Source of the DNA: a virus
Taxonomy: Duplodnaviria > Caudoviricetes
Length of the DNA: 49,575 nucleotides
Direction: 5' to 3' (one strand)
IMG/VR virus record: IMGVR_UViG_3300048855_000175
Location: 1 to 49,575 of that record
Positions 35,114 to 44,665 of this stretch are shown here, one piece after another. The translations under genes and the position numbers were made by a program. The notes beneath the pieces were generated by a model, which was not told where the DNA came from, made no database searches, and saw only the letters and a list, made by a program, of their open reading frames with translations. The stretch's first letter is position 1, and each line of letters begins with the position of its first letter.

Positions 35114-36690
35114 TGGGGTCGCTCGGGCTGTCCCTGTCGCTCTCCCCGGGCAATCCGGCAATGCAGGGCGGGGTAGGGGCGGCGACGCCAAAGCCGCTGC
35201 TGATGTCGAGCCGGCTGAACCTCATGGGCTTCAACGGCTACGCCGGTAGCGACGGCACGATGACCGACAGCAATTGCAAGATCGGCTTCTACAACCGCTT
35301 CGGCTGCCGCGTCACGAAGATCGGTGTCGTTCTCTCGAACTGGCGGCTCAACGGCACCAACGAGGCGGACGGCTACAACGACATCAACGTCAACTTCAGC
35401 ATGCGGAACGCCGGGGGCGTCGTCCCCGGCGCGAGTGGCCTCGTCATCCCGCCCTCAGGCCCGGAGAGCACCGTAGTCGTCCCTGTCGACGTCATCATCG
35501 AGAACGGCGAGCTCGCCTACTGGCAGGGATACGTCTGGGTCGCGCCCGGAGGAAGATGGCCGCAGGGCTACGCCATCAACACGTCGGCCCCCTGGATCGA
35601 GCGCGCAGACTTCAACACGCACCTCGACAAGAGCGACGGGTCGGCAATCACCAGCAACGGCGGCGCGGCCACGACGCGGGGCTTCGGTCCTGTCGCCATC
35701 ATCGCGCTGGAGTGGGAGGGCACGCCATACGGCGACAGCTACGCGGGCGGCCCCGGCGACAGCATCGAGGCTGGCACGACCTTCGGCCGCGTCGACCCGG
35801 ACGGAAACTTTGGCCCCTACGGCAACGCCTGCCACAGCCTCGGGCGGCCGTACATGAACATGTCCTACACGGGCTATCGCGCCGAGTTCAACCAGCCGGT
35901 CAATCTGACCCGCCGGCTCGACCTCCTGTCGAAGGCCAAGCCCTCCGACGCCATCTATGGCCTCGGCTTCAACGACATGAACATCTCCTCGCGCTCCGCC
36001 GTGCAGACGTTCGGCTACGCCGAGCCGATCATTGAGGCGCTGCTGGACGCCGTCGCCGGCCGCGTGTACGTGGCGACGATCACCCCGAAGGTCACGCTGA
36101 CGGACGGTGGCGAGACGCTAGCCGGGCAGACCGTGCCGACAACGGGTCCCTTCAGCGGCGGGGCCGGGTCGGAGCGGCAGCTCTACAATGCAATGCTTCG
36201 GGGGATCGCCTCGGACCGCGTCGTCGTCGTCGAAGCGGGCGATGCGGTGGAGAGCACCACGGCGCCCGGAAAGTTCAAGACCGCAGAACCCGGTGAGCCC
36301 GCGTCGGACCGCCTCATCGCCTGGCAGACCGGGACGGTCACGTCCTACGCCGCCCTGACCATAAGCGCCTCGGGCCTCTCTCTCAGCTCGGCCAGCGGTG
36401 GCATCCTCGCCTTCGGCGGCTCGATCGTGTGGAAGACCGGCGTGAACACTGGTATCCGCAGCTTCGTCCAGTCCAACGGCGTGTCGACCGTCACGCTCGT
36501 GAACGGCCCGACTGGAACGGGGACCCTCATCGCTCCACCGTCGCCCGGCGACACCTTCGAGACACGCGCCTTGGGCAGCCGCACCGTCGCGGCCGACGGC
36601 TACCACCTCGCCGCTGGCTACGTCGGGGGCGTCCACATCCAAGGGCAGGGCATGATCTGCAAGGCGTTCATCGACGCCAGGGGCCCGTGA
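35113..36690 (+). CDS. Head fibre with SGNH/GDSL-like esterase domain
   Basis: N-terminal MGSLGLSLSL anchor; GDSI, GLGFND, DGYH. Confidence 0.7.
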   Translation: MGSLGLSLSLSPGNPAMQGGVGAATPKPLLMSSRLNLMGFNGYAGSDGTMTDSNCKIGFYNRFGCRVTKIGVVLSNWRLNGTNEADGYNDINVNFSMRNAGGVVPGASGLVIPPSGPESTVVVPVDVIIENGELAYWQGYVWVAPGGRWPQGYAINTSAPWIERADFNTHLDKSDGSAITSNGGAATTRGFGPVAIIALEWEGTPYGDSYAGGPGDSIEAGTTFGRVDPDGNFGPYGNACHSLGRPYMNMSYTGYRAEFNQPVNLTRRLDLLSKAKPSDAIYGLGFNDMNISSRSAVQTFGYAEPIIEALLDAVAGRVYVATITPKVTLTDGGETLAGQTVPTTGPFSGGAGSERQLYNAMLRGIASDRVVVVEAGDAVESTTAPGKFKTAEPGEPASDRLIAWQTGTVTSYAALTISASGLSLSSASGGILAFGGSIVWKTGVNTGIRSFVQSNGVSTVTLVNGPTGTGTLIAPPSPGDTFETRALGSRTVAADGYHLAAGYVGGVHIQGQGMICKAFIDARGP

Positions 36691-36909
36691 CTTTTACCAG
36701 TCGCCGGGTTCCCGGTCTTCTTCCTTGGGGAAGCCCTTCCGCCAGACGTGACGACCGACAATGAAGAGCAGCACGAGCCACGCGGCCGCCATTATAGCAA
36801 ACAAAACGTCGGTAGTAGTCGGCCAATACATATAAACTTTCCCGCGCAATCGATTTCAATTGCACGGGTGAAGTCGAAGAGTCCAGCGGACCAGTCGCTT
36901 TTTCTATCT

Positions 36910-36933
36910 GCCCGCCATTTCGGCGGGCTTTTT
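36910..36933 (+). terminator. Intrinsic terminator-like hairpin before the endolysin
   Basis: GCCCGCC-ATTTC-GGCGGGC-TTTTT. Confidence 0.65.
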
Positions 36934-36956
36934 CATGCCGTCCGTAAGGAGCACCC

Positions 36957-37757
36957 ATGGACCGAGCAACCTTCTACGCCAGCATCCGGCCGTCGCTTTT
37001 CCGCGGCGTGCTCGGCTCAACGCAGGTGAAGGGCATCGAGGCCATCCTCGACGCCTCTGGCGTCTACATCATCCCCGCCGACCAACTCGCCTATGTGCTG
37101 GCGACGGCGCATCACGAGACCGGCGAGCGCATGCAGCCGGTCGAGGAGAACCTGAATTACACCAAGGCCAAGCGCATCCGGGAGGTCTGGCCGAGCCGCT
37201 TCCGCACCGATGCCGCGGCGCAGCCCTTCGTCCGCAACCCCGAGGCACTGGCGAACAAGGTCTACGGCGGCCGCCTCGGCAACACGGCGCCAGGTGACGG
37301 CTGGAAGTACCGGGGCAGGGGCCTGCCGCAGATCACCGGCAAGGAGAACTACGTCAAGTTCGCGCCGCGCCTCGGCGTCGATCTTGTCGCCAATCCCGAG
37401 CTCGCCCTGCGGCTCGACCTCGCCGTCCGCATCCTCTTCGAGGGCATGCTGGAGGGGCTGTTCACCGGCAAGAAGCTGAGCGACTACATCCTTGCCGGCT
37501 CGCGGAAGTACCTCGACGCCCGCAAGATCGTGAACGGCACCGATCAGGCCGCGACCATCGCCGGCTATGCCGAGAAGTACCGGGTGGCGCTGCTGGCGGC
37601 GGGCTACCAGACGGCAAAAAGCAAGAGCGAATCGTTTCCGCCCGTCACCACCCCGGAACCGCAGAGTTCTGCGGAAAAACCCCCCGATTCCACTGCCGCG
37701 AACACCGGCCTTTTTGCCCTCATCCTGGCCGCCCTCGGGCGGCTTTTTCGTAGGTGA
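36957..37757 (+). CDS. Endolysin, glycoside hydrolase family 19
   Basis: ATAHHETG, EENLNY, GDGWKYRGRGLPQITGKENY, VNG. Confidence 0.92.
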   Translation: MDRATFYASIRPSLFRGVLGSTQVKGIEAILDASGVYIIPADQLAYVLATAHHETGERMQPVEENLNYTKAKRIREVWPSRFRTDAAAQPFVRNPEALANKVYGGRLGNTAPGDGWKYRGRGLPQITGKENYVKFAPRLGVDLVANPELALRLDLAVRILFEGMLEGLFTGKKLSDYILAGSRKYLDARKIVNGTDQAATIAGYAEKYRVALLAAGYQTAKSKSESFPPVTTPEPQSSAEKPPDSTAANTGLFALILAALGRLFRR

Positions 37758-37760
37758 TCC

Positions 37761-38024
37761 ATGGACAACACCGCCATCCTCGCGGGCCTGCTCCGATACG
37801 CCCTGTTCGGCCTCGGCTCCTACCTCGCCTCGCAGGGCTACCTCTCGGCTGATGCCGTCACGAGCTGGCAGGACGCCGTTGAGGCGCTTGTCACCGGCGG
37901 CCTGACCTTCGGCCCGCCGGCCTACTACGTCGTCCGCACCATCATCGCCCGGCGCAAGCTGAAGCGGGAGCAGGCCGCCAAGGTCATAGAGGCATTCGAG
38001 GCCGGCAAGCAGGTGGCGCCATGA
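37761..38024 (+). CDS. Putative holin
   Basis: Two TM segments, basic C-terminus, follows the endolysin. Confidence 0.7.
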   Translation: MDNTAILAGLLRYALFGLGSYLASQGYLSADAVTSWQDAVEALVTGGLTFGPPAYYVVRTIIARRKLKREQAAKVIEAFEAGKQVAP

Positions 38025-38257
38025 TCTCCCGCCTCTACGGCTACCTCGCTGCCGCCGGCGGCGTCCTCGCCTTCATCGCGGCCATCTTTCTCAAGGGCAA
38101 GAGCGAAGGCAGGGCAGACGAGCAGGCCCGGCAGACCGAACAGACCCTCGACGACGTGACCACCCACAAGGAGATAGCCGATGATGTCGGTTCGCTTTCT
38201 GATGCTGAGCTTGACGCTCGGAACGCTCCTTGGGTGCGCCTATCCGGCGGGCGATAG
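38021..38257 (+). CDS. Putative i-spanin
   Basis: N-terminal TM plus periplasmic helical domain. Confidence 0.65.
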   Translation: MISRLYGYLAAAGGVLAFIAAIFLKGKSEGRADEQARQTEQTLDDVTTHKEIADDVGSLSDAELDARNAPWVRLSGGR

Positions 38258-38378
38258 CTGGTGCCTGACGAACAAGCCGCGCCGGCCGACCGTCGAGGAG
38301 TACGCCGGCATGGATCGACAGTCTCGTGAGGCGATGGCCGTGCACAACGGCTATGGCGCCGATCGATGCGGGTGGTGA
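38181..38378 (+). CDS. Putative o-spanin lipoprotein (overlapping)
   Basis: Lipobox LLGC; +1 frame overlap with the i-spanin. Confidence 0.65.
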   Translation: MMSVRFLMLSLTLGTLLGCAYPAGDSWCLTNKPRRPTVEEYAGMDRQSREAMAVHNGYGADRCGW

Positions 38379-38392
38379 GGGACGCTTTGGAA

Positions 38393-38659
38393 ATGAGCCC
38401 CGACCGTCTCGATCTTCATGAGCGTGACCTCCAGGCGCACGCCCGGAGCATCACCGAAATCACCAACGTCATCTCAGGAATCCAGCGGGACAAAGCTGTT
38501 CAGGAGGTCAAGGATGAGCACCTTCAGGAGCGACTGGACGGGATCGAGGGAACCGTCAAAGCCATCTACAAGCTCGGGTGGTGGATCCTGTCCACCTTCG
38601 GCGCCGTGCTCATCGCCACCATCACCAGCCTCGTCAAAGGCGGGCTCGTGGGGCCGTAG
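38393..38659 (+). CDS. Coiled-coil plus TM protein (holin/XhlA-like)
   Basis: ERLDGIE...WWILSTFGAVLIATI. Confidence 0.65.
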   Translation: MSPDRLDLHERDLQAHARSITEITNVISGIQRDKAVQEVKDEHLQERLDGIEGTVKAIYKLGWWILSTFGAVLIATITSLVKGGLVGP

Positions 38660-38669
38660 CCTCGCCCGC

Positions 38670-39101
38670 ATGGCCCTGTTCACCTTCAAGGTGTTCTGCG
38701 GGGCCGTGATCGTCATCTGCAGCGCGCTGACCGTCTTCACCCTCGGGCCGACGATCGAGACGCGGTTCTTCCCCGTCGTGTCGACGCTGGAGATCCGCAC
38801 CATCCAGGAGACCGAGGACGGCTTCACCGAGGTCCATGCCGCGTTCCGGAAGCTCCGCGACTGCGAGTATATCGGCACAGCCTGGTTCGTCTGGGTGGCA
38901 CCGGGCGACTTCCGGCGGGTCTCGCTGATCCTCCTCCGGGAGACTGGCGACGTCTCCAGCCCAAACCGACCCGTCGGCTACCAGGAGGCTGGGCCTTGGA
39001 TCATCGGCGCCTCGCCGGAGGACGTGCGGGCGCACAGCTTCGCGCTGCTCTCGCACCGCTGCCACGCCTTCTGGACGACGACGACGGAGTTCTATCCGTA
39101 G
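38670..39101 (+). CDS. Membrane-anchored hypothetical protein
   Basis: N-terminal TM; RFFPVV...KLRDCEY. Confidence 0.65.
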   Translation: MALFTFKVFCGAVIVICSALTVFTLGPTIETRFFPVVSTLEIRTIQETEDGFTEVHAAFRKLRDCEYIGTAWFVWVAPGDFRRVSLILLRETGDVSSPNRPVGYQEAGPWIIGASPEDVRAHSFALLSHRCHAFWTTTTEFYP

Positions 39102-39176
39102 ACAGAGCGCCACGCAGGGCCGGGGCTGGGGGCTCGTTCCTGCCTGTTGCATCAAAAAACCAGGGGAGATTTGTAG

Positions 39177-39386
39177 ATGGGATGCCGAACTCTTTTATTT
39201 ATCAACCACGACGCCCTCGCCCGAATTGAGAAGCACCCCACCGAGTTTGTAGAGGCCCTCTTGCGTAAGCTGCGAGATCGGTCCCCAAATGGCGATCGGC
39301 TAGTCAACTTCTCCGGATTCGTCGGGGCGGCCGAACTGGCCCAAGAAGGTTCTCTCGATGGCCCCCAGCAAGGTAGCGTTCGCTAG
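39177..39386 (+). CDS. Small hypothetical protein, possibly truncated
   Basis: GGGAG RBS; overlaps the ATPase start. Confidence 0.4.
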   Translation: MGCRTLLFINHDALARIEKHPTEFVEALLRKLRDRSPNGDRLVNFSGFVGAAELAQEGSLDGPQQGSVR

Positions 39387-40629
39387 CGAAGAAGAGTTTC
39401 GACTTCTTCTCCGCGTGAACATCACCCCGACAGAGCCGATCTCCAATCCGGAGCTGCTACAGGGGCGAGAGGCGAAATTGCGGGAGATTGATCGCGCGTT
39501 TAATAGCCGTGGCGCCCATATATTCATCCATGGGGAGCGGGGTGTAGGAAAAACGTCGCTTGCGCTTAGTGCCGCAGTGTTGAAGCACCCATCAAGCTCT
39601 GAGCCTTTGTATGTCGGTTGCGATCACACGACGACGTTTTTTGGACTCGCTAGCGATATGATCGCGCAGATTCTCAAGACCGAGAAGACTTCGCAGAAGG
39701 ACGCGGGCCGGCATTCGCTAACGGTTGGAATGCCGGGGCTGAATTATACTTTCCAGAGCGGCTCCGCATCCCAGGGCCAACTTCTAGGTGTGTCGACCAT
39801 AAATCAAGCCGCCGACTTAGTTGAAGCCGCTCTACGCGTAAGAGGGGAAGATGAGCCGGTCTTCATAGTTGATGAATTCGATCAGTTGGCCGACGCGGAA
39901 GAAAAGAAGCTATTCGCAGCTTTCATCAAGCGCCTTTATGACCGCCGCATAGGGCTCCGGTTTATCTTCTGTGGAATTGGCAAATCCCTCGATACGATAA
40001 CCGGGGGCCATCTGTCGGCGAGCCGGCCAATTTTGCCTGTCGAACTGGAGCCTGTTCCCCACGATGCACGTTGGCGCATCGTTGAAGCAGCCGCAGAGAA
40101 GATTGGTTTCACAATTGACCGCAACCATATTATCCGCATCGGGCAAATCAGCGATGGGTTTCCCTACTATGTACACTTGGTTGCTATGGCCCTGTTCTGG
40201 CGTGTATTCGACCACCATCAAACCTCGCTAGTTGCCAGCAATCAAGATTTCCGAGATGCGGTGATGGAGGCGATAGCGCGTGCGGAGTCTCCGCTTAGGG
40301 CAGCTTACGAAACCGCGGTCAGAAAGACCGTGGGTTCACGTGACTATGAGGAAATCCTCTGGGCGCTTGCTGACGGTTCTCATCTAACTCGACAGTTCCA
40401 GGACATCTACAACCTATCCTATCTCCGCATTGTTGAGGATAGGAAGCAGAAACCTCTACCTATTGATGTGTTCCGTCGCAGGCTATACCAGCTCTGCAAC
40501 GCGACGCATGGTGGAATTATTGTTCGAGAGAAGAATAGTTGGTATCGATTTGCTGAGAACGTTGTTCGTGGCTACGTCAGACTTCAGGCTCAAAGGGCGG
40601 ATGTTGAGCTAGGTAAGGATCATTTCTGA
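39358..40629 (+). CDS. AAA+/STAND-like ATPase
   Basis: LLQGRE, Walker A GERGVGKTS, Walker B FIVDEFD, SDGFPYYVH; AT-richer than flanks. Confidence 0.85.
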   Translation: MAPSKVAFASEEEFRLLLRVNITPTEPISNPELLQGREAKLREIDRAFNSRGAHIFIHGERGVGKTSLALSAAVLKHPSSSEPLYVGCDHTTTFFGLASDMIAQILKTEKTSQKDAGRHSLTVGMPGLNYTFQSGSASQGQLLGVSTINQAADLVEAALRVRGEDEPVFIVDEFDQLADAEEKKLFAAFIKRLYDRRIGLRFIFCGIGKSLDTITGGHLSASRPILPVELEPVPHDARWRIVEAAAEKIGFTIDRNHIIRIGQISDGFPYYVHLVAMALFWRVFDHHQTSLVASNQDFRDAVMEAIARAESPLRAAYETAVRKTVGSRDYEEILWALADGSHLTRQFQDIYNLSYLRIVEDRKQKPLPIDVFRRRLYQLCNATHGGIIVREKNSWYRFAENVVRGYVRLQAQRADVELGKDHF

Positions 40630-40697
40630 AGGGTGTCCTCTTCCCTGCATCCTACAATTTGCCGGCGCCTCGTCCGAAGCGGCCGGGCTTTGTGGTT

Positions 40698-40925
40698 TCA
40701 GCCTGTTCGATGCGGAAAGTCCGGCCGGTCGTAGAGCGCCCGGATGGTGGACATCGACCCCGCGATCAACACGCCGCCGAGCCGGATCTGAACCGAGTTC
40801 AGCAGCTCCACGTCCCCAGGCCATTCCTCCACGATCTGCCGCACTGCCATGGCGAGCGGGAGGATCTCGATCCCGTCGGTCGATGAGACCTCAACGAAAA
40901 GAGCGTAGTCCTCAGCCGTGATCAT
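40698..40925 (-). CDS. Hypothetical protein
   Basis: 75 aa ORF with plausible composition. Confidence 0.5.
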   Translation of the reverse strand: MITAEDYALFVEVSSTDGIEILPLAMAVRQIVEEWPGDVELLNSVQIRLGGVLIAGSMSTIRALYDRPDFPHRTG

Positions 40926-41020
40926 GGATCGGCCGCAGCCTTTCTCTCAACCCGCGATCCACATCAGCCCGGTTGCTGCTGTGCTCGTGGATGAGCGCGC
41001 ACCTTGGCCGGCCAGAAGCT

Positions 41021-41269
41021 TCAAGAGCTACCCTGCGTGGAGGGCGCCTTCAGCGCGGTCACGTTGATGACGTAGAGGATGAGGCCGGTCTCGTTCGTGA
41101 CGTCCATCTGCCAGTCCTGATCCACCCAGAGCAGGCCAGCGTGCTCGTTCAGCAAGAGGCCGATGCGTTTGGCAGCTTCGACGCGCGCCGCAGTGTGGTC
41201 GGCCAGTTCGACACCTTCCGTCAGCATCACGTGGCTGGGGGTGCGAACCTCGAAGTGATAGAGCGGCAA
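41021..41269 (-). CDS. DUF6894-like protein (second paralog)
   Basis: PLYHFEV...EGVELAD...WQMDVTNETG; AGGAGG RBS. Confidence 0.75.
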   Translation of the reverse strand: MPLYHFEVRTPSHVMLTEGVELADHTAARVEAAKRIGLLLNEHAGLLWVDQDWQMDVTNETGLILYVINVTALKAPSTQGSS

Positions 41270-41295
41270 AGGAACTCCTCCTTTATCAAACTGGC

Positions 41296-41481
41296 TCAGC
41301 CCTTGCCCATGGCCTTCACCGCGCGCTCCAGGTCCGCCCGTTTGTTGCCGTGCTCATCGATGAGCTCGACGACCGTTTCCACCGGGAGATCCCACTGCTC
41401 CGCGAAGTCGGCGATCTCATAGTCCTCCGAGAGGGACACCCGGTCCCGGTCGACCCTACCGTCCAAGTTCGCGTCGGCCAT
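41296..41481 (-). CDS. DUF3606-like protein
   Basis: MAD...DRDRVSLSEDYEI...GNKRADLE; GAGGAG RBS. Confidence 0.75.
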   Translation of the reverse strand: MADANLDGRVDRDRVSLSEDYEIADFAEQWDLPVETVVELIDEHGNKRADLERAVKAMGKG

Positions 41482-41581
41482 TTGGCTCCTCCCGGATGAA
41501 TGAAAGACCGCGGCGCCAGTAGTTTGCGACTTGACCAAAAGCGCCGCGGTCCTGCCCTGGATGAAGACAGAGCCATAAGCC

Positions 41582-41606
41582 AACAGGGATGGCGACGCCC
41601 GGTTCC
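41582..41606 (-). promoter_or_regulatory. Putative sigmaEcfG promoter
   Basis: GGAAC-N17-GTT on the minus strand upstream of the DUF3606 gene. Confidence 0.5.
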
Positions 41607-41608
41607 TG

Positions 41609-41866
41609 CTACTCGTCGATAAAGCGCTTTGTAGGCAGCAGGTCGTCCCGCGGCTCCTCGTGGTAGCCGTTCCCGTCGCTCTCCTCCGGCGCCGGCAGGT
41701 AGCCGTGCCCGATCAGCCAGTCCTGCAGTATCGTCATTACGGCTACCGACGATTGAACAGGCCCCGGCAGCTCTGACACGTAGCGGCGGAGGGCTCCTTC
41801 AATCGGCTCGGGCAAGGCGAGGCTGATCCGTCGGGGAGTGGTCCTTCTGGGCCGGTCGTCGTTCAT
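41609..41866 (-). CDS. Hypothetical protein, possibly RHH-like
   Basis: RISLAL...ILQDWLIGHGYL. Confidence 0.5.
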   Translation of the reverse strand: MNDDRPRRTTPRRISLALPEPIEGALRRYVSELPGPVQSSVAVMTILQDWLIGHGYLPAPEESDGNGYHEEPRDDLLPTKRFIDE

Positions 41867-41900
41867 AGGGTCACCGTAGCTCAATCTCAACGACACCGAG

Positions 41901-42830
41901 TCACAGTTTGACCCGCTGATATCCGGTGACCGTGGCGTGCCGGAGCCCGGACTTCAGGTGCTTGACCTCGGCGACCAAGCCCGGCCGAACCCACGCAGCG
42001 CTGCGCTTCTTCCGCAGTTCCTTGTCCTTCAGGAAGGGCTTGTCGGTTGCCAATTCTTCGAGCGCGGCATAAAGCCCGGCCCGCTCCTCGGCCGGTAGCG
42101 CGACCGAGGCCTGACCGCAGTATTCGAGGCCGGCCGGGGTTGCCTTTCCGAGCAGCGCGACCACGGGGCCCTTGCTCTCCCGGTCGGTGCCGAGGACGAT
42201 GTAGGGCTCCGTCACCATGCACTTGACCTTCAGCCACTCGAAGGTCCGGCCACTGCGGTAAGGCGCGTCCTGGCGCTTGGCGATGATGCCCTCCAGGCCG
42301 ATCTCCATGGCTGCAGCGATCAACTGCGGCGCAGTGCCGGGGAGGTCATCGGATAGTTGGATGCGGCTGTCGGCTGTGAGGCTAGGCTCCAGGAGGCTGC
42401 GAAGGACCTCACGTCGCTCTACGGTCGAACGCTTGCGGAGGTCGGTGCCGTCGAGATGAAGAAGGTCGAAGGCGTAGAAGAGGACCCGGTCCGGTGCCGT
42501 AATCAGGGCGGACCGGAGGGCAGTGAAGTCAGATACGCCTTTGCCGTCCTGCACGACGATCTCGCCGTCGATGATGGCCGAGCGACAGGGCAGGCCAGCG
42601 GCCGCTTCCACGACCATCGGGTATTTCGCCGTCCAGTCGTGGCCGTTGCGAGTGAAGGCACGAACGCCGCCGGCGTCGATCACCATCTGGGTGCGGTAGC
42701 CGTCGTGCTTGATCTCATAGGACCAGCCCGGCAGGTCCGGGAGCTTGTCGACGAGCGTCGGCTGCATGGTGTCGATCCACCCCAGGGAGGGGAGGGCGAG
42801 CGGGCGGGGCTTGGCGACGAAGAGACTCAT
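41901..42830 (-). CDS. ATP-dependent DNA ligase (LigD ligase-domain type)
   Basis: EIKHDGYR, IDGEIV, AFDLL, EGIIAK, YRSGR, WLKVK. Confidence 0.92.
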   Translation of the reverse strand: MSLFVAKPRPLALPSLGWIDTMQPTLVDKLPDLPGWSYEIKHDGYRTQMVIDAGGVRAFTRNGHDWTAKYPMVVEAAAGLPCRSAIIDGEIVVQDGKGVSDFTALRSALITAPDRVLFYAFDLLHLDGTDLRKRSTVERREVLRSLLEPSLTADSRIQLSDDLPGTAPQLIAAAMEIGLEGIIAKRQDAPYRSGRTFEWLKVKCMVTEPYIVLGTDRESKGPVVALLGKATPAGLEYCGQASVALPAEERAGLYAALEELATDKPFLKDKELRKKRSAAWVRPGLVAEVKHLKSGLRHATVTGYQRVKL

Positions 42831-42971
42831 AAGACTCGGGAATCTGGTGCGCGATTCGTCGAGGGGGAGTCGTCAAAAACTGATTCAACTCAGAATCTTA
42901 GATGCCGCAGCGATGCCAGGGACCTTTGTGTGCGGTGGCGCGTTCGCCTCCGTTCATAGGGAGCTGTCGCC

Positions 42972-43181
42972 ATGGCAAACGCAAAAAAGTACTCCAGCCT
43001 TGAGGCTGAAGTCCTGTCCGAAGATGAAATCATACTGACGTTCACATTGGACGATGGAGGGACGTTTAGTTTGTCGGCCGACGCCGACGACGTGGACCAG
43101 ATTATGGTGGTGCTTGACTCGCTCTACGAGGATGACGACGAAGGCGACCCCATGGGTGCGGCCGCGCGATCAGACGACTAG
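42972..43181 (+). CDS. Small acidic hypothetical protein
   Basis: GGGAG RBS; very D/E-rich. Confidence 0.6.
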   Translation: MANAKKYSSLEAEVLSEDEIILTFTLDDGGTFSLSADADDVDQIMVVLDSLYEDDDEGDPMGAAARSDD

Positions 43182-43225
43182 GCTTCAGCGCCGCGCCAGG
43201 CGGGAAAGGTGCAGGAGGCAAGCTG

Positions 43226-43498
43226 ATGACATCGACGCCGCACATGGCCTGCTCATGCTCGCTGCACGACGTCGAGCTCTGGGCGCGGCATCCGGACGTG
43301 ATCTACTACGAGACCTATTACGACACCGGGAATGGCCAGGCCTCGCCGTCCATCACCGTGCACCTTTGGTTTTCAGAGGCGGGGTGGGAGAAGTGCTTGA
43401 TGGTCGGCTTCGGGCGCCAGAAGGGAGGCGTCTGGACGCTGCCGCCTTCCGGAGGCTCAGGTGTTTGGGTAGATCCTCGAAAGCGGGCAATCGAGTGA
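43226..43498 (+). CDS. Hypothetical protein
   Basis: AGGAGG RBS; TGATG coupling. Confidence 0.55.
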   Translation: MTSTPHMACSCSLHDVELWARHPDVIYYETYYDTGNGQASPSITVHLWFSEAGWEKCLMVGFGRQKGGVWTLPPSGGSGVWVDPRKRAIE

Positions 43499-43785
43499 TG
43501 CCGACGGTAGCGCCCCAGCGCTTCATCAACCTCGCCGGCGTCTATTACGAGAAGGCGGACTTCCAGTCGCGCGGCCTCGACCTTGGTGACGGCCGGGAAC
43601 TGTCCTCGCACGCCGTGTTCTACTCCGCCGAGCCGAGCAATATCGCCGGGCTGGAGGAGCGCCTGAAGCCGCACCTGACGCACCGCGACATGGCCTTCTG
43701 CATCAGCTCGCACCCGTCGGGCCTATGGGTCCATGGGCCCGCATGGATGCTGGAGATACTCGTCTCCAAGGAGACAGCCGTTTGA
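43498..43785 (+). CDS. Hypothetical protein (MPTVAPQRF...)
   Basis: Coupled to the upstream gene. Confidence 0.55.
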   Translation: MPTVAPQRFINLAGVYYEKADFQSRGLDLGDGRELSSHAVFYSAEPSNIAGLEERLKPHLTHRDMAFCISSHPSGLWVHGPAWMLEILVSKETAV

Positions 43786-43917
43786 GTCAACGACCACAAA
43801 AGCAACCGGGTACCGCGTCTTATCCCCGGAGTTATCAACAGCATTTCCCCAAAGTCGCCACCCGAACATTTTCGGGACGTAGGCAGAACATATCGACAAT
43901 GGCGACCGGAGTTGGGT

Positions 43918-44661
43918 TCAAAGCAGCAGGCCACTCGACGCCTCGGAATCCGACTGCGGCTTCTCGGCTCTTGGCCGGATAACCAGCGATCCATCCGGCA
44001 ACGGTCGCTGGAGTGCGGCAGCTTCCGACCATGGCGCTCGCATCCAGACGTCGTGCTCCTCCGCGGTCGTCAGGATCACCGGCATTGCCTTCGGGTGCAT
44101 GGCCTTGACCTCATCGTTCGGCTCGGTGGTGAGGAAGGCGTAGAGGTCGCATGTGACCTCGCCCTCCTTCACCTTCCGGACGCAGCTCCAGTTCGTCCAG
44201 ATGCCGGCGAAGAAGGTGAGGGGCTCGGTTTCATCCAGGGCGAACCAGATGGGCCTCTTCGTGACGGGGTGCGGCTCGGAGAAGGCGTTGAGCGGCACGA
44301 GCGCTCGGTTGGCCGGCTCAAGCCAGCGGCGCCAATGTGAGCTCGCCGTGTTGCGGACGTTCGTCGTGCCCTTGTCCGGCTCCATCCGGAGGAGGGTGTG
44401 AAAGTCGACCTCATGCCCCTTGGCCCGGAGCTTGTCTGCCCGTTTAGACGCAGCTTCCAGCAGCGCCTTCTTGGAAGACGGCATGCCCCATCGGGCCATC
44501 GCCAGCTCGCGGCCGGCCGGGCCGTTCCGCATGATGGGCGCCGGATAGTCAGGGTAGACGTCACCGGTCTGCATGTTGCCGGCGAAGTCGAACTCCATGG
44601 GGATGTCGAACATCCGGCGGAGCTCATCGCGGCTGGGCCTAGAGGTGTAGAGGTTGCACAT
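43918..44661 (-). CDS. SRAP/HMCES (YedK-like) abasic-site protein
   Basis: MCNLY (Cys2), [22 protein letters not shown]. Confidence 0.92.
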   Translation of the reverse strand: MCNLYTSRPSRDELRRMFDIPMEFDFAGNMQTGDVYPDYPAPIMRNGPAGRELAMARWGMPSSKKALLEAASKRADKLRAKGHEVDFHTLLRMEPDKGTTNVRNTASSHWRRWLEPANRALVPLNAFSEPHPVTKRPIWFALDETEPLTFFAGIWTNWSCVRKVKEGEVTCDLYAFLTTEPNDEVKAMHPKAMPVILTTAEEHDVWMRAPWSEAAALQRPLPDGSLVIRPRAEKPQSDSEASSGLLL

Positions 44662-44665
44662 ACGC

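Noticed and set aside
43864-43889. GAAC-N7-GGAC-N7-GAAC LexA-like array
   Set aside because: Imperfect, lies between convergent 3' ends and overlaps a CCCGAA/TTCGGG hairpin; likely chance
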